A stretch of DNA of 47,745 bases, counting the filler, from Trypethelium eluteriae (lineage: Eukaryota): NCBI GenBank assembly GCA_051942245.1. It is 2 parts of 2 records of this genome, joined end to end, with 100 filler letters (N's around TTAATTAATTAA, not from the genome) between each part and the next. Parts side by side here need not be neighbours in the genome. Positions count along the whole stretch, not along the records: positions 1 to 23,842 come from JAVECL010000414.1; positions 23,943 to 47,745 come from JAVECL010000415.1. The stretch is one strand, 5' to 3'. The notes beneath the pieces are model-generated. The model was not told where the DNA came from. It searched no databases and was given only the letters and a program-made list of their open reading frames with translations. Below, piece after piece: positions 12,822 through 25,260 of this stretch. Every line of letters begins with the position of its first letter. The first letter of the stretch is position 1. A program made the translations under genes and the position numbers.

Positions 12822-13842
12822 CTTGGAGATATCTGGAGACCCTCAGTCTTATTGAGAGATCCCAGGGGCTTGGTCACATATACCGATGCGATGGGACTGC
12901 TATGAAATTAAGCAAGCCAGGCAGCCACGAGCTCTTAGTCGGATTTGACAGGCGCATCTTCATGACAGGGCTACAGGAGGCCGGCGATCCGAATTTGCGG
13001 GGTAGAACGGCATCTACGAAGCTGAATCGTGCATTTTGTAGAGTGTTGATGTGGAAGACCCACGGCACGGCAGATTACTTCATGGCTCCGCACTAGATAA
13101 CGACTCAACGATGCATCCAAGTTATCAATCTCAGAAAAAAAAAGAAATGATGTGATGCGACCAACCCTTAATAGCACCTGTCTCCAAAGATTTCAGGCCC
13201 CTCTACGCCAAGTCTATCAACGTTGGAGGTGGCCAATCGCCCAAATAGGCTGAGTGGTGCACAGTAATTAGCCAACCTTCTTGCGATAGGATATGAGATC
13301 GATTGAGAAATTCTAAAATCGAAGGACGAAAATGCCTTCAGGAGCGCCAACACTTTTGCTCCGATTGCTGAGAATCCACCAATACATGAACCCAGCCCAA
13401 TATTAGGGTCTCGGATTCGACGATCAGAGTAGGCTAGAGACGAGCTCGTCACCATCCACAGTTAGATCGATGGTGGCTTCTGGATTAAAGGATGGCTCAT
13501 TTTCCAAATGAGGTGCAAGATACAAGCACGCAAGATATAGCGACGAACATATTACTAGGACAGTAATCATGAAAGACTCAGAAGCTACAAAGCATACTCA
13601 CAGACTCCGACAATTCAGTCAGAGTGTTGTCCGAAACCAGCATCTTCTCCGACATGCAGGACTGTATAAGGCTCGAAGATGATGGGCTGTTGTTCAGTAA
13701 CTGTATCTCCATAGGTCTGGCGTTTCCCCCAGCGATGTTTTCACAAACAGTAACAGTTCATAAAGGTTAGAAGAAAGAGAGGGGAGAAGGAATGAAAGAA
13801 TTAAGAAAAGAGCTGATTGGCTGTGGGGTTATCTCTCCCCTG

Positions 13843-14077
13843 GTGGGCTGTTGCGCACGGGCAAGGATACTAGATTCGGCCCAAACAAAAATATCATATG
13901 CGCAGAACTTTCCCATTCCGCGCTGAAATCTATCATAGGATGTGTCTTGGAGATCGCTTCATGAGCGCTCGAGATCGCACGAAGTCTCGTCTATGAAAGA
14001 AATAGTTGCAATAAACTGCTTCGAAGCAGGAAGTGGTCAGATCCCCGTGCAAAAAATAGCCGTGCGCAACAGCCCAC
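13843..14077. repeat. Perfect 18-bp inverted repeat (13843-13860 / 14060-14077) with a 199-bp spacer
   Basis: GTGGGCTGTTGCGCACGG and its exact reverse complement CCGTGCGCAACAGCCCAC. Confidence 0.8.
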
Positions 14078-15074
14078 GGCAACTGTGAGAAGAGAAAAGT
14101 GCATATAGGGGAGGCTCATAACGAAAACTTCAGCTACCTCTGATTTCCTCAAGCCTTGGTATACCTAGATCTATGGGAGATAACGTAACAATGGAGTGAA
14201 CATTACCCATAAGAATCACAGCGTCCATGTGCACTCAGAAGGTAGGGACCAGCGGCGCGTTTCTCCGTCGGCCCATACCGTAGCACGGAATATGTACGAT
14301 AAGTACGGCTAGATGCCAAGATAGCACATCCCTCCCCGACCACACTCCACCCGACTCCGCACTTTAGACTACGAGCCACTGCCGTTCTCAACCGCCACTA
14401 CGTCCTGCAAGAACCTGCAAGTGCTCAGATGTCGTTTGTCTTCTCCTCAGTGGACCGACCGGTACCTGAACAATAGTAGCAGCCCAGTGTGCAATCGGAA
14501 GGTGGCTGCACCAAAAGGGGTTCTGATGATCCTTTGCAGGGTTCCTCTATCTGCACTTCTGCACTTCCCTTTCCTTCCTCGTAGGCCCTCGAGGTCACGT
14601 CGCGCTATCATATGACAGGGCGCCGTAAAATTGCATCGTGTACCGACTGCAGGGGCCTTCTCCTCCCCGGACCATGGATCGCCAGGGGATCTTGCTTGCT
14701 CTGGAGCTTTCCGGGCTTCCAGTTCAAAGCTTTTGCAGCATGCTTGTCTAGATCGACAAGAAAAAGCTTATCACGCGTGCCGCGTCGACCGTTCCCAGTA
14801 GTATTTATTACTTCTCACAGATCGCTGTGGTTTTTGTCAACTAGTAGGTGGTGATCTGTCGTGAGACTTCAAAACTCACGCGCGCTGGGGTCTCCGTGCC
14901 TGTAAAGAGGCAGAATCTCAGTATTAATATCCTCCTCGAGGAACTCTTTGCGCGGTTCTTCAATATTGGTACTCTCTTTTCTGAAGCCTGCGCTACTTCC
15001 GTCGTCTTTTCTGTTGACTACCCTATCCGCTTCTTTCACTTCACTTGCGCTGCGTATCACTGTGCAGTTTCGAG

Positions 15075-17874
15075 ATGATGTCGCGCTCATTTTGCGGTAG
15101 GCTTTTGGCCTTGCTATCATTTTTTGGACTTGCTGTCTCTCAAAATGAGACTTCGAACAACCTGCAATATGTTAATCAGCTTATTGGTAGCAACAATGGG
15201 GGTATGTGATGCAACAGATGCGATTTTGAGAGCTTATCTAATTTCTCCAGGAAATGTTTTTGTCGGAGCGACTTTGCCCTATGGTGAGTTTTCCGTGCAG
15301 TTCACTAGCCGAAGTTAGTAACAGAGACTCTCCAGGCATGGCCAAGGCTGTTGCAGACGTTGATGGAGACAACCAAGGTGGCTTCGCTACAGATGGGAGT
15401 AATATCACAGGCTTCTCCGGCCTTCACGACAGCGGGACAGGAGGTAATCCGTCACTTGGCAATTTTGCCTTGTTCCCTTATCTAGCTTGTGATGGAGACA
15501 CTCCAGATGGCTGCACCTATCCAAAGATAGCCAGGAAAACCCAATACGACAATACCTCGTTGAAGGCATCACCGGGCTACTTTGCCATCACTCTAGACAG
15601 TGGCATTACTGTTGACATGACCACGGCTCAGCACACTGCCCTATTCCGCTTCACTTTCCCGGCTGATAGTCATGTCGGTAACTCCTCGAGCCCACTTATC
15701 CTCATGGATCTGACCGATCTCTCGGACTCCAGACAGGATAACGGAACCATCAACGTCGACAGCGGTTCAGGTCGAATCACTGCGAACGCTCGCTTTCTGC
15801 CGAGCTTTGGAGAAGGGAACTACGTTGTGTATACCTGCGCAGACTTTCAAGGCTCGCCTATCAGAGATAATGGCATCTTTGTTAGTAATAGATCAAGTAC
15901 AGAGGTGAAAAATTTTACTATCTCTCGGTCCATCAATGGATATCCACTACCTGGCGGAGCTTTCAATCGTTTCGAATCAGGATCCGATCCCATTTTGGCA
16001 CGCGTTGGTTATAGTTTTATCAGCAGCGATCAGGCTTGCTCAAATGCTGAGTCAGAGATTCCTTCTTTCGATTTCAACTCGACACAAACTGCTGCAGTCA
16101 ATTTGTGGGGGCAGAAAGTCAGCCCAATCTCGGTTTCAACGACTGGCGTGAATGAATCATTCTTGACCAATTTTTACTCTGGGATTTATAGGACCATGAT
16201 CCAACCGCAAAATTACACTGGTGAAAACCCTCTCTGGCAAAGTGACGAGCCTTATTGGGACTCCTTCTACTGGTGAGTGCCAATAATGGCCTGCAGACTT
16301 TGCATAATGAGACTCTCACTAACAGCATCTCGCAGCATTTGGGATCTATTTCGCTCTCAGAACCCATTCCTCATCGTCAACGATCCGGCAGCTGTTGAAT
16401 CTCAGATCCGTTCGCTGATTGATACTTATGCCCACCTTGGCTGGCTACCGGACTGCCGCATGTCCCTATCCAAAGGATACACCCAAGGAGGTTCCAATGC
16501 AGACAATATCCTTACCGACGGCTACTTGAAAGGCCTGACTGGAGGCATTAATTGGGACACAGCCTACTCTGCTGTCGTTCAAGATGCTGAAGTGGAACCG
16601 TACGACTGGTGCTGTGAGGGCCGAGGGGGTCTTGACAGTTGGAAAGCCCTTGGTTATATCCCTGTTCAGGATTTCGACTACAAAGGATTTGGCACATTGA
16701 CACGCAGTATCTCACGGACATTGGAGTACTCCTATAATGACTTTTGCATCTCCGAGCTCGCCAACGGTCTTGGTGGACACCAAGGTGATGTGGAAAAGTA
16801 TCGTGGTCGTAGCGAGAACTGGCAAAATCTCTTTGACTCAACTCAGACGTCATACAACATTTACAGCAACAATACCAATACTGGCTTCGTTGGGTTTTTC
16901 CAGCCAAAATTCTTGAACGGAACGTTTGGATTCCAGGACCCCCTCAAATGTTCCAACATCGATACTAATCCAAACGATATCTGCTCTTTGCAAAATACCG
17001 GTCCAGAGACCTTTGAGAGCAGCATCTGGGAGTATTCCTTCTTCGTTCCACACGACATGGCAAGCCTCATCACTTACCTGGGAGGACCTTCTGCCTTTGT
17101 GAGGCGTCTCGACTACCTACACGACAATAACATTACCTACATAGGCAATGAGCCAGCCTTCCTCACGGTGTATCAATATCACTACGCTGGTCGTCCGGCA
17201 AAATCGGCATTGCGCTCTCACTTCTACATCCCTGCTTTTTTCCAGCCAACTGAGGGTGGACTGCCAGGCAATGACGACTCAGGTATCCTCCACTTTATAC
17301 TATTTTCCATTATTTTAAGCCACTTTTACTTATTCCTCCAGGTACTCTTGGCGCATTTGTTGCATTCTCGATGATGGGCTTGGTTCCCAACCCTGGTCAG
17401 AATGTATACTTGATTATTCCACCATATTTCGAGAGTGTTAGTATCAAGTCTCCTTCTACTGGGAGGACTGCTACCATACGGAACGTGAACTTCGATCCCA
17501 CGTACAAGAACGTGTACATTCAAAGCGCAACACTTAACGGTGAGCCTTACACGAAGAACTGGATTGATCACTCCTTCTTCACGGAAGGTAAGACGCTCGT
17601 ACTTACACTAGGTGCGACTGAGAGCTCTTGGGGAACGCATGTGGCAGATTTGCCACCTTCTCTTTCTCCATACTCGGGAGGCAACTCGACAAATAGTACG
17701 AACGAAAAAGGGGTGAGTCTTCCACTAATACGAAATAATTGTGCTCAATAGGGCTGTTAGCTAATTCATGTGTAGCTCTCTCCTAGGTGGCGCTCCACAT
17801 TCTCCGGGCAGGGCTTAGCAGACCCAGCTATGGGATTAGATATGGCACTCGTTCCTGAGAAGAATGTACAGTAA
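15075..17874 (+). CDS. Secreted glycoside hydrolase family 92 alpha-1,2-mannosidase; about 6 exons
   Basis: Signal peptide MMSRSFCGRLLALLSFFGLAVS. GH92 motifs GGNVFVGATLPYGMAK, HDSGTGG, ASPGYF, DSFYCIWDLFR, TQGGSNAD, SRTLEYSYND, IGNEP and GLPGNDDSG. GT-AG introns near 15202-15250, 15284-15335, 16273-16335, 17283-17341 and 17713-17775. Confidence 0.92.
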
Positions 17875-17965
17875 TAACATAGAAACTTGTATGTAAAGCA
17901 GCTCTGTAGTAGTCTACAATTTACAGTCAGTGGACTTCAAGTGCCCGCAGATATTTCATACCTTA

Positions 17966-18137
17966 CCGTGGCTGGGGGTCTCCTCAACTGGTAAGCAATA
18001 CAATGTTACCTCAGTTTAACTGTTCATAACCATGTTGGCCCATGTTAAGGCGGTGTTAACATGGACCAATAAGATCATAACAGTAAAGTCGAAGTAACGT
18101 TGTATTACTTACCAGTTGAGGAACCCCCCAGCCACGA
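17966..18137. mobile_element. MITE copy 1 (~172 bp, near full-length hairpin, TA on both sides; Tc1/mariner-pogo-like)
   Basis: Left end CCGTGGCTGGGGGTCTCCTCAACTGGTAAG and right end CTTACCAGTTGAGGAACCCCCCAGCCACGA are imperfect inverted repeats. TA at 17964-65 and 18138-39. A second copy lies at 19471. Confidence 0.85.
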
Positions 18138-18186
18138 TAAGATAAAAACTAGAACGATCTTGAAAATGGGTTGGAATCGTGAACGT

Positions 18187-19195
18187 CTATAATTTGCTTT
18201 CTCGTGATCCATTACTCCTCTCGGCTAGATTCCTCGCTGCACTTACGGCAAATACAACGTGATGGCTTAATGCTACGACATCTCCTTGCTCATCCATCAC
18301 TATACTCTCCAAATCAAACCGCCCGTTCTGTATCTTCTTCGCCTGCACCCGCTGAAATAAAAACTCGACCCCTTCTTCTGGCAGCACTTTCTTCACATCC
18401 AAATTCAGCAGCAACGTCGGATACCACATCGACCCAATCGACGGCTTCTCATTCCCCTTCTTCTCCAACGCGTACGGGTCCCCCTTAGACGAATACGTCT
18501 CAACCAGCTGCGGCCACATATCAGCCACAAACCCAACACTCTCATTCGTAAACCGCTCCCCGGACCGCATACACAACCACTCATCCGTCATGCCCCTCCC
18601 CAGCTGGCCGTTCCGTGGGAAAAAGAACCTCACGCGATTGCTCGCCTTGCGAAACTCCGCAAACGGCATCTTCTCCAGCTCGCCCCACCGCGGCTCCGTC
18701 CCCGCCTTCAGCAGCGCGACATCGGCCGGTATGGGCTTAGGATGCAGCGCCCAGTCGGTGGGGAGCGACGCGCCCTCTTCTCTCGCGAGGTGCGCGTTCG
18801 AGATGTAGCCGACGACTTCTTCGCGGTTGGCTTGCGACAGCGTGACGTGGATGACGGAGGCTTGCCGGCCGAGCTTGATGTCTCGTACGGTGAAGAGGGC
18901 CGGGCCGGTCTGGGTGCGTCGCAGGAATTCGAGGTGTAGCGTGAAGGTGTCGGGCTGGTTTTGCCGCTGGAGGGTGGTGGCGAAGTGGGTGCGGGCGACG
19001 CAGAGGAAGACGGCGGTGATGAAGCCGCCGTGGGGGACTGCAGATTGGGAGAGTTCGATTAGCTGGGTGGAGGCGACGGGGCGGAAAAGTTGTTGTAGAC
19101 TTACCTGAGCCTATGCACCAATCGTCAGGGAAGTTGGCAGCATATGTATGAGAGGTCAATGGTTGAATTTCTGTAGCCTTTTGAAAGGTAGTCAT
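18187..19195 (-). CDS. Thioesterase-like (double hot-dog fold) family protein; 2 exons
   Basis: The spliced product (intron about 19039-19104) has DWCIGSVPHGGF, LHLEFLRRT, KLGRQ, FVADMWP, WYPTLLLNLDVKK, NGRFDLE and VALSHHV. Confidence 0.88.
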
Positions 19196-19470
19196 ATTGG
19201 AATATTAAAGTATTGGAAGAGAGCTTTGGTGCCAATTGTTATCTCATTTTTTCATTCTTTGGGACTGCAGACTGAAAATAGGAAAGGCTAACTTGTGATA
19301 CGTTATGTCAAGTCATACAGGAAAATATGTACATAATTCGAAGACTCGGTAGAGGGTTGGTCTCCTTGCTGCTGCTCGGAACAGAAGTCTGACAACTCAT
19401 GGTGAGCCTCGGTAAAATTGATAGATACCTGAATGACGTAAGCATCTAGATAGGTATTGGCGAAACCTTA

Positions 19471-19639
19471 CCGCGGCTGGGGGGTTCCTCAACTGGTAAT
19501 TAATATAATGTTATTTTGACTTTACTGTTATTCTTGTTGGTCCATGTAAACACCGCCCTAACATGGGCCAATATGGTCATAATAGTTAAACTGAGGTAAC
19601 ATTGTGTTAATTACCAGTTGAGGAAACCCCCAGCCGCGG
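19471..19639. mobile_element. MITE copy 2 (~169 bp), inverted relative to copy 1
   Basis: TA-CCGCGGCTGGGGGGTTCCTCAACTGGTAAT...ATTACCAGTTGAGGAAACCCCCAGCCGCGG-TA. Its reverse complement aligns along the whole of copy 1, including the central GCCCATGTTA-GGCGGTGTT-ACATGGACCAA. Confidence 0.85.
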
Positions 19640-20486
19640 TAAGGTACTGACCCTTATCATTACTCTCCTCCAGACCCAAGGAAGTATACGTCCATTTAGC
19701 TAGCTCGACAAGGGAGCTTTGTGTTCAGACGTAAAGATGATATCGATAAGGAGCGGAAAACAATAGATCTTATTTAATGGCCCTCGTCTCGTTCTCTTTC
19801 GCTGGTGTCAAGTGCCTTACTGTATGGAGTACCGGTGACTCGGACGGCTTTCCGCAGGCGGACCGTTAAGGAAGTTAATGCAAGAAAGAACAATGGGAAT
19901 GGTTTCACAAGGGGTGGAGCGAATGACAGAACATCTTGATCTCTAGCTCGCGATCTGGCTCAGCAGTGAAGATATCGTAAGACTAAAAATAACGCACCGA
20001 CCATGGCCATCTAAAGCATGATTGAGTGCTTGAAAATGGGCTTAGTTAGAGGTGCGATTTCTGCTTAGTGACACGTTCGATGCCTGCGATCCCCCACCTT
20101 AGCCTGACTCGTGGTGGTTGGTAAGAAAGAGGCAACCTTTCGCGCTTCTTGAACTTGAGTACCAATCCACCAACACCACCTTTTCTGCGCTGGGATTGAT
20201 TCCTTAGCCTTGCGCACGCGATCGCTTGCCTTGACGCTATATTTCGCATCATCTTAGCTCGTATCCTGAAGCGCTAACCCTCGATCTATCCGCCGTGGAA
20301 GCCTAGAAGCCTGCATCAACCTTGAGGATTGGAGGCCTCCGTAACGCCGTGATCCCTCTTTCAAAGACGTTCCCGGACCCTACACTCTGTTCTCGATCAG
20401 CAATCTTCTGGCGCCAGCTCAGCGATCCACTTTGGCTGCAAGTACCTCAATGATCGCATTTTACCGTTTGTCGACAACGGCTGGGT

Positions 20487-23400
20487 ATGGGTAATGTCAG
20501 TAGCAAGGCCGGTGAAGGGAGTCAACTATATCTGCGAGACCAAACGCGGTGTATGTTCAGCCTTTTCTCTGAATTTGTTCGAACAAAGCTCTAATCTGGC
20601 ATTCAGTCTCCGTCGCTAGCCTTGGCATTACTACTTCGAAGAATCGTAATCTCATCAACATCATACCCAGTGGCTTCCCTGCAGACAGATACATTGCAAG
20701 AAGAGATACAGGTGACGATACGGTAGTGGAATATGTGCAGGTTAGCAAGACACAGCTGTGAGCACAATATAAACGCTAATTGCCGTAATTCTTAGGACCC
20801 TGAGAGTCCACCAGGGTGTTCGCCCTCTTTTCTCATACGCCTGCCCAACGATGAAGAGCTGATCTTTAACTTTACATTCGTCGTTCGACAAATATCAACA
20901 GCTGCAAGTATTCAAGGTGGGCCGGTTGGACAAGATGGAGGAGCAGACACAGTTTTACAAGGCTTGACTTTTATCCACGCCCCAGGCACCAAGGAAATCG
21001 ATAATCTTGTGACACGAGAGTTTAATGCGGATCCCAATCTACATAAAAGATCCGACGTAACCCTGATTGGAGATGGCACCTATGGAACCAACGGTAACCA
21101 AAGTGTACAATTCCAATGGTCGTGGAAATGGAGACCTCCAAAATCAAATGAGGATCGGGGCGGCGGTTGGCGCAATAGTTGTAGTGTGGGTCTCATCAAC
21201 ATTTGCCTATCTGCAGTCATCGTAAGCTAATCGAGCTCGGTAGATTGTCGAGTACAATCAGAGGGCGCACAGCCTTGACACATTGGCCGTCTTCTCATTC
21301 TGGGTTCATAGTAAGGTTCCGATCCTATCTTGCTATCCTCACTCCTAACTTTCGTAGATACGTCAAGAAATCTCGGAAGTCCCAAGTCACACTCACCGTC
21401 CATGGATTTGACCGTACCACCCCGGTTGCGGGTCCCATCTGCTCGTTCAATCCAATCACGAGTGAGTGATTCAGATGGCGCAGACGGATACGAAACCCAA
21501 GAGCCCCAGTCTCCGCTTTTCAATCCAATACCGGAAGATAGACTGGGCCTTGTTCAGGCTCCTACGAACGCCACGAGCACTACCGCTGTCACAAATGCGA
21601 CCAATGCAACCGTCAAAGTTGATGTGGCGTGCCAGAGGCCGGGTGAAGACATGAGCCAAGTCGAAGATGGTCCAGTATTCCGAGCAACAATGAAATCCCT
21701 TGAGCAAAAGACAGGCAACATGAGATTAAGAATGAAGAGAGTCTTGAGGGCTGCCGAGGCGGCACTAGAGGCTCAAGTTATCAGCAACGAAAAGAAGCAA
21801 GCCTTTTTGGAGGCCCTCAGAGATGCGTCGTCATCGAATGCCAATGCTGTTAAACCTGCTCTTGATCATTACTTTGAAAAGATTGCTCAGGAAATTTTGA
21901 CTTATGAGAAGCAGGACAGAGCGAATCTGCAAAAGATGGTTATCGAGCCAATCTCAAAACTTTACAACTTTGATATTAAGGCCGTGGAAGCGAAAAAGAA
22001 AGATTTTGATGAAGAGAGCAGAGAGTACTACGCGTACGTGTCACGATATCTGGGTCAGCGCCAAGATTCAATGAAAGAGAAGAAACGTGCCGAAAGCGAC
22101 TCCAAGTATCAGATCAAGCGGAGGACTTTCGAGCTAAAGCGCTTTGACTACTCTTCATTTATGCAAGATCTCCACGGCGGTCGTAAAGATCAGGAGATCC
22201 TCTCTCAATTGACAAAGTATGCCGATGCTCAAGCGAGGGGCTACCTGGCGACTGGCAAAAAGATCGAGGGGAACATGCCTCAGTTAGAGGCACTGACCCT
22301 TGAAGTTCAGGAAGCAGATAAAGAATTTCAACTGCAGCGGACTGAACGGGAAGAGAAACGAAGAGTTCTTGAGAAGAGCACGAAGCCGTATAAGATGACA
22401 GAAGCATTAATCCCACCACCCTCTGCAGGTCCAAATACGCCCTCTGGTTCAACTAGCAGCCGCTCAGGAATTGGTGACATCGATCCTCCCAAATCAAGCC
22501 ACGGTCCGCCTAATTTCAGGTCACTGGTAAGCTCGCCTCCGACAGTTGACGAAGGTGCGCCACTATCGAGTACTGAGCAGACTCTATCTCCAACTGGAGA
22601 CCGGCAAGGTATCAGTGGCACTACGCCTGAACAGACCAAATTCAAGGGTATCCGTGATTTGGAGGAGAAAGACTACTCATCAATAGCAGCAAACGAACTG
22701 AACGATGCTACCCATCGTAAAGAGGGACTTTTATGGTCGCTAAGTCGACCCGGAAGCCACGTGGATCCTGTCGGAATCAACAAGCAAGCATGGCACAAGT
22801 GAGTTTGTTGGCTCTTTCATCCAATGATTACTGACATTTGTGTTTCAGATACTGGATCGTACTTGACCAAGGCAGACTTTCAGAGTACGTGAATTGGAAG
22901 CAAAAGCTTGATTTACACATGGAACCGATCGATCTCCGCGTGGCCTCCGTACGAGAAGCACGAAATGCGGAGAGGCGATTCTGTTTTGAAGTAATCACAC
23001 CGCATTTCACTCGTGTGTACCAAGCGACTTCTGAAGAAGATATGAAATCTTGGATATCGGCGATTAACAATGCACTACAGAGTGCATTTGAAGCAAAAGG
23101 GCCCATAACGGAGAGCTCCGCTCCCTCAGAAACGTCTCATTCAACACGAAGAGATATAGCAGCGGTTCTGACGGGTAAGAGCTCGTCCTTCTCGGGTGGC
23201 CATCGATCATCAGCGATGAACATGTCCGGCTCCGCTGTCGCCAAGGCCGTTGCTAGACACGCAACTGTCGGTGATAAGCCTGCCTATAAGCGTACTGAGA
23301 GTGAGGAACACTCCGCGAAGCTGCTTGTTCAGCTTCGGAATAACGATGCTGGCAACAGTTACTGTGCAGATTGCGGCTCCGAAAGCCGCGTCGAATGGGT

Positions 23401-23842
23401 GTCCATCAATCTAGGCATTATCGTTTGCATTGAATGCAGCGGCATCCATCGTTCTCTCGGCACTCACATTTCCAAAATGCGTTCCCTCACCCTAGACACT
23501 TCCGCCTTCACCCCAGACATCATCGAACTGCTCCTACAAGTCGGCAATCGCGTCTCCAACATGATCTGGGAAGCACGACTCGACCGAGCGCAAAAACCCA
23601 ACTCCCACGCCACCCGCGAACAACGTCTCCGCTTCATCTCCGCCAAATACGCCGACCACGCCTACGTCGAACCCATCAACATCTCCCACAGCCACTACCA
23701 CCAGCCCGACGACATGCTCCTCGCCAGCATCAAGCAGAACCAACTGCAGAACGTCCTACACGCCATCGCCCTCCGCGCCAACCTCAACGCCCACGACAAA
23801 TCGCGCAACACCCACGCCGTCTTCCTCGCCCTCGCCGCCGCC
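20487..23842 (+). CDS. BAR-PH-ArfGAP protein (centaurin-beta/ACAP-like); multi-exon, 3' end lost in the gap
   Basis: Start MGNVSSKAGEGSQLYLRDQTR. BAR region EDGPVFRATMKSLE...FELKRFDY. PH domain KEGLLW...WHKYWIVL...RRFCFEVITP...WISAI. ArfGAP zinc finger CADC-x16-CIEC followed by SGIHRSLGTHISK. Confidence 0.92.
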
Positions 23843-23942
23843 NNNNNNNNNNNNNNNNNNNNNNNNNNNNNNNNNNNNNNNNNNNNTTAATTAATTAANN
23901 NNNNNNNNNNNNNNNNNNNNNNNNNNNNNNNNNNNNNNNNNN
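23843..23942. other. Artificial contig-joining spacer
   Basis: 44 N, TTAATTAATTAA (stops in all six frames), 44 N; exactly 100 nt. Confidence 0.97.
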
Positions 23943-25260
23943 GTATCCGCCTTGTGTATTGACATCAGCGCCGTGTTGTAGCAGCAACTGAACGACCTGG
24001 TCGTACCCTCCTTGAGAAGCAGTATAGAGAGCATTGCTGTAGTGTCCGCCTTGTATATTGACATCGGCGCCGTGTTGTAGCAACAACTGAACGACCTGGC
24101 CGTGCCCCCCTCGAGAAGCAGCTTGGAGAGCATTGCCGTAGTATCCGCCTGGTGCATTGACATCGGCGCCGTGTTGTAGCAGCAACTGAACGACCTGGTC
24201 GTGCCCTCCTTGAGAAGCAGCTTGGAGAGCATTGCCGTAGTATCCGCCTGGTGCATTGACATCAGCGCCGTGTTGTAGCAGCAACTGAGCGACCTGGTTG
24301 TGCCCTCTTTGAGAAGCAGCATAGAGAGCATTGTCGTAGTGTCCGCCTGTTGCATTGACATCGGCGTTGTGCTGTAGCAGCAACTGAACGACCTGGTCGT
24401 GCCCTCCTTGAGAAGCAGTATAGAGAGCATTGCCGTAGTGTCCGCCTGTTGCATTGACATCGGCGTTGTGTTGTAGCAGCAACTGAACGACCTGGTTGTA
24501 CCCTCCTTCAGAAGCAGTATAGAGAGCATTGTCGTAGTCTCCGCCTGTTGCATTGACATCGGCGCCATGTTGTAGCAGCAACTGAACGACCTGGTTGTGC
24601 CCTCCTTGAGAAGCAGTATAGAGAGCATTGCCATATAATCCAGCCTGTGCATTGACATCGGCGCCGTGTTGTAGCAGCAACTGAACGATCCGGTCGTGCC
24701 CTCTTTGAGAAGCAGTATAGAGAGCATTGCCATACTGTCCGTCTGTTGCATTGACATCGGCGCCGTGTTGTAGCAGCAACTGAACGACCTGGTCGTGCCC
24801 TCCTTGAGAAGCAGCATAGAGAGCATTGCCATATAATCCAGCCTGTGCATTGACATCGGCGCCGTGTTGTAGCAGCAACTGAACGACCTGGTCGTGCCCT
24901 CTTTCAGAAGCAGCATAGAGAGCATTGCCATATTGTCCGTCTGTTGTATTGACATCAGCGCCGTGTTGTAGCAGCAACTGAACGACCCGGTCGTGCCCTC
25001 CTTGAGAAGCAGCATAGAGAGCATTGCCATACTGTCCGCCTGTTGCATTGACATCGGCGCCGTGTTGTAGCAGCGACTGAACGATCCGGTCGTACCCTCT
25101 ATAAGAAGCAGCTTGGAGAGCATTGCCGTAGTGTCCGCCCTGTGTATTGACATCGGAACTGTATTGCAATAGCAACTGAACGACCTGATCATGCCCTCCT
25201 TGAGAAGCAGCTTGGAGAGCATTACCATAGTATCCGCCCTGCTCATTAACATTGGCGCCT
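23943..25260 (-). repeat. Tandem array of 99-bp ankyrin repeats with high internal identity (13 complete plus a partial 14th)
   Basis: Unit [33 protein letters not shown]. The DNA units are nearly identical (ctgaacgacctggtcgtgccctccttgagaagcagc). Confidence 0.95.

Noticed and set aside
11881..19195. Secondary-metabolite cluster suggested by the thioesterase and transporter
   Set aside because: No PKS, NRPS, terpene synthase or pathway regulator in the window.
23891..25252. 453-aa Met/Cys-rich ORF overlapping the ankyrin array
   Set aside because: Alternative frame that stays open only because the 99-bp unit lacks stops in that frame; not a separate gene.
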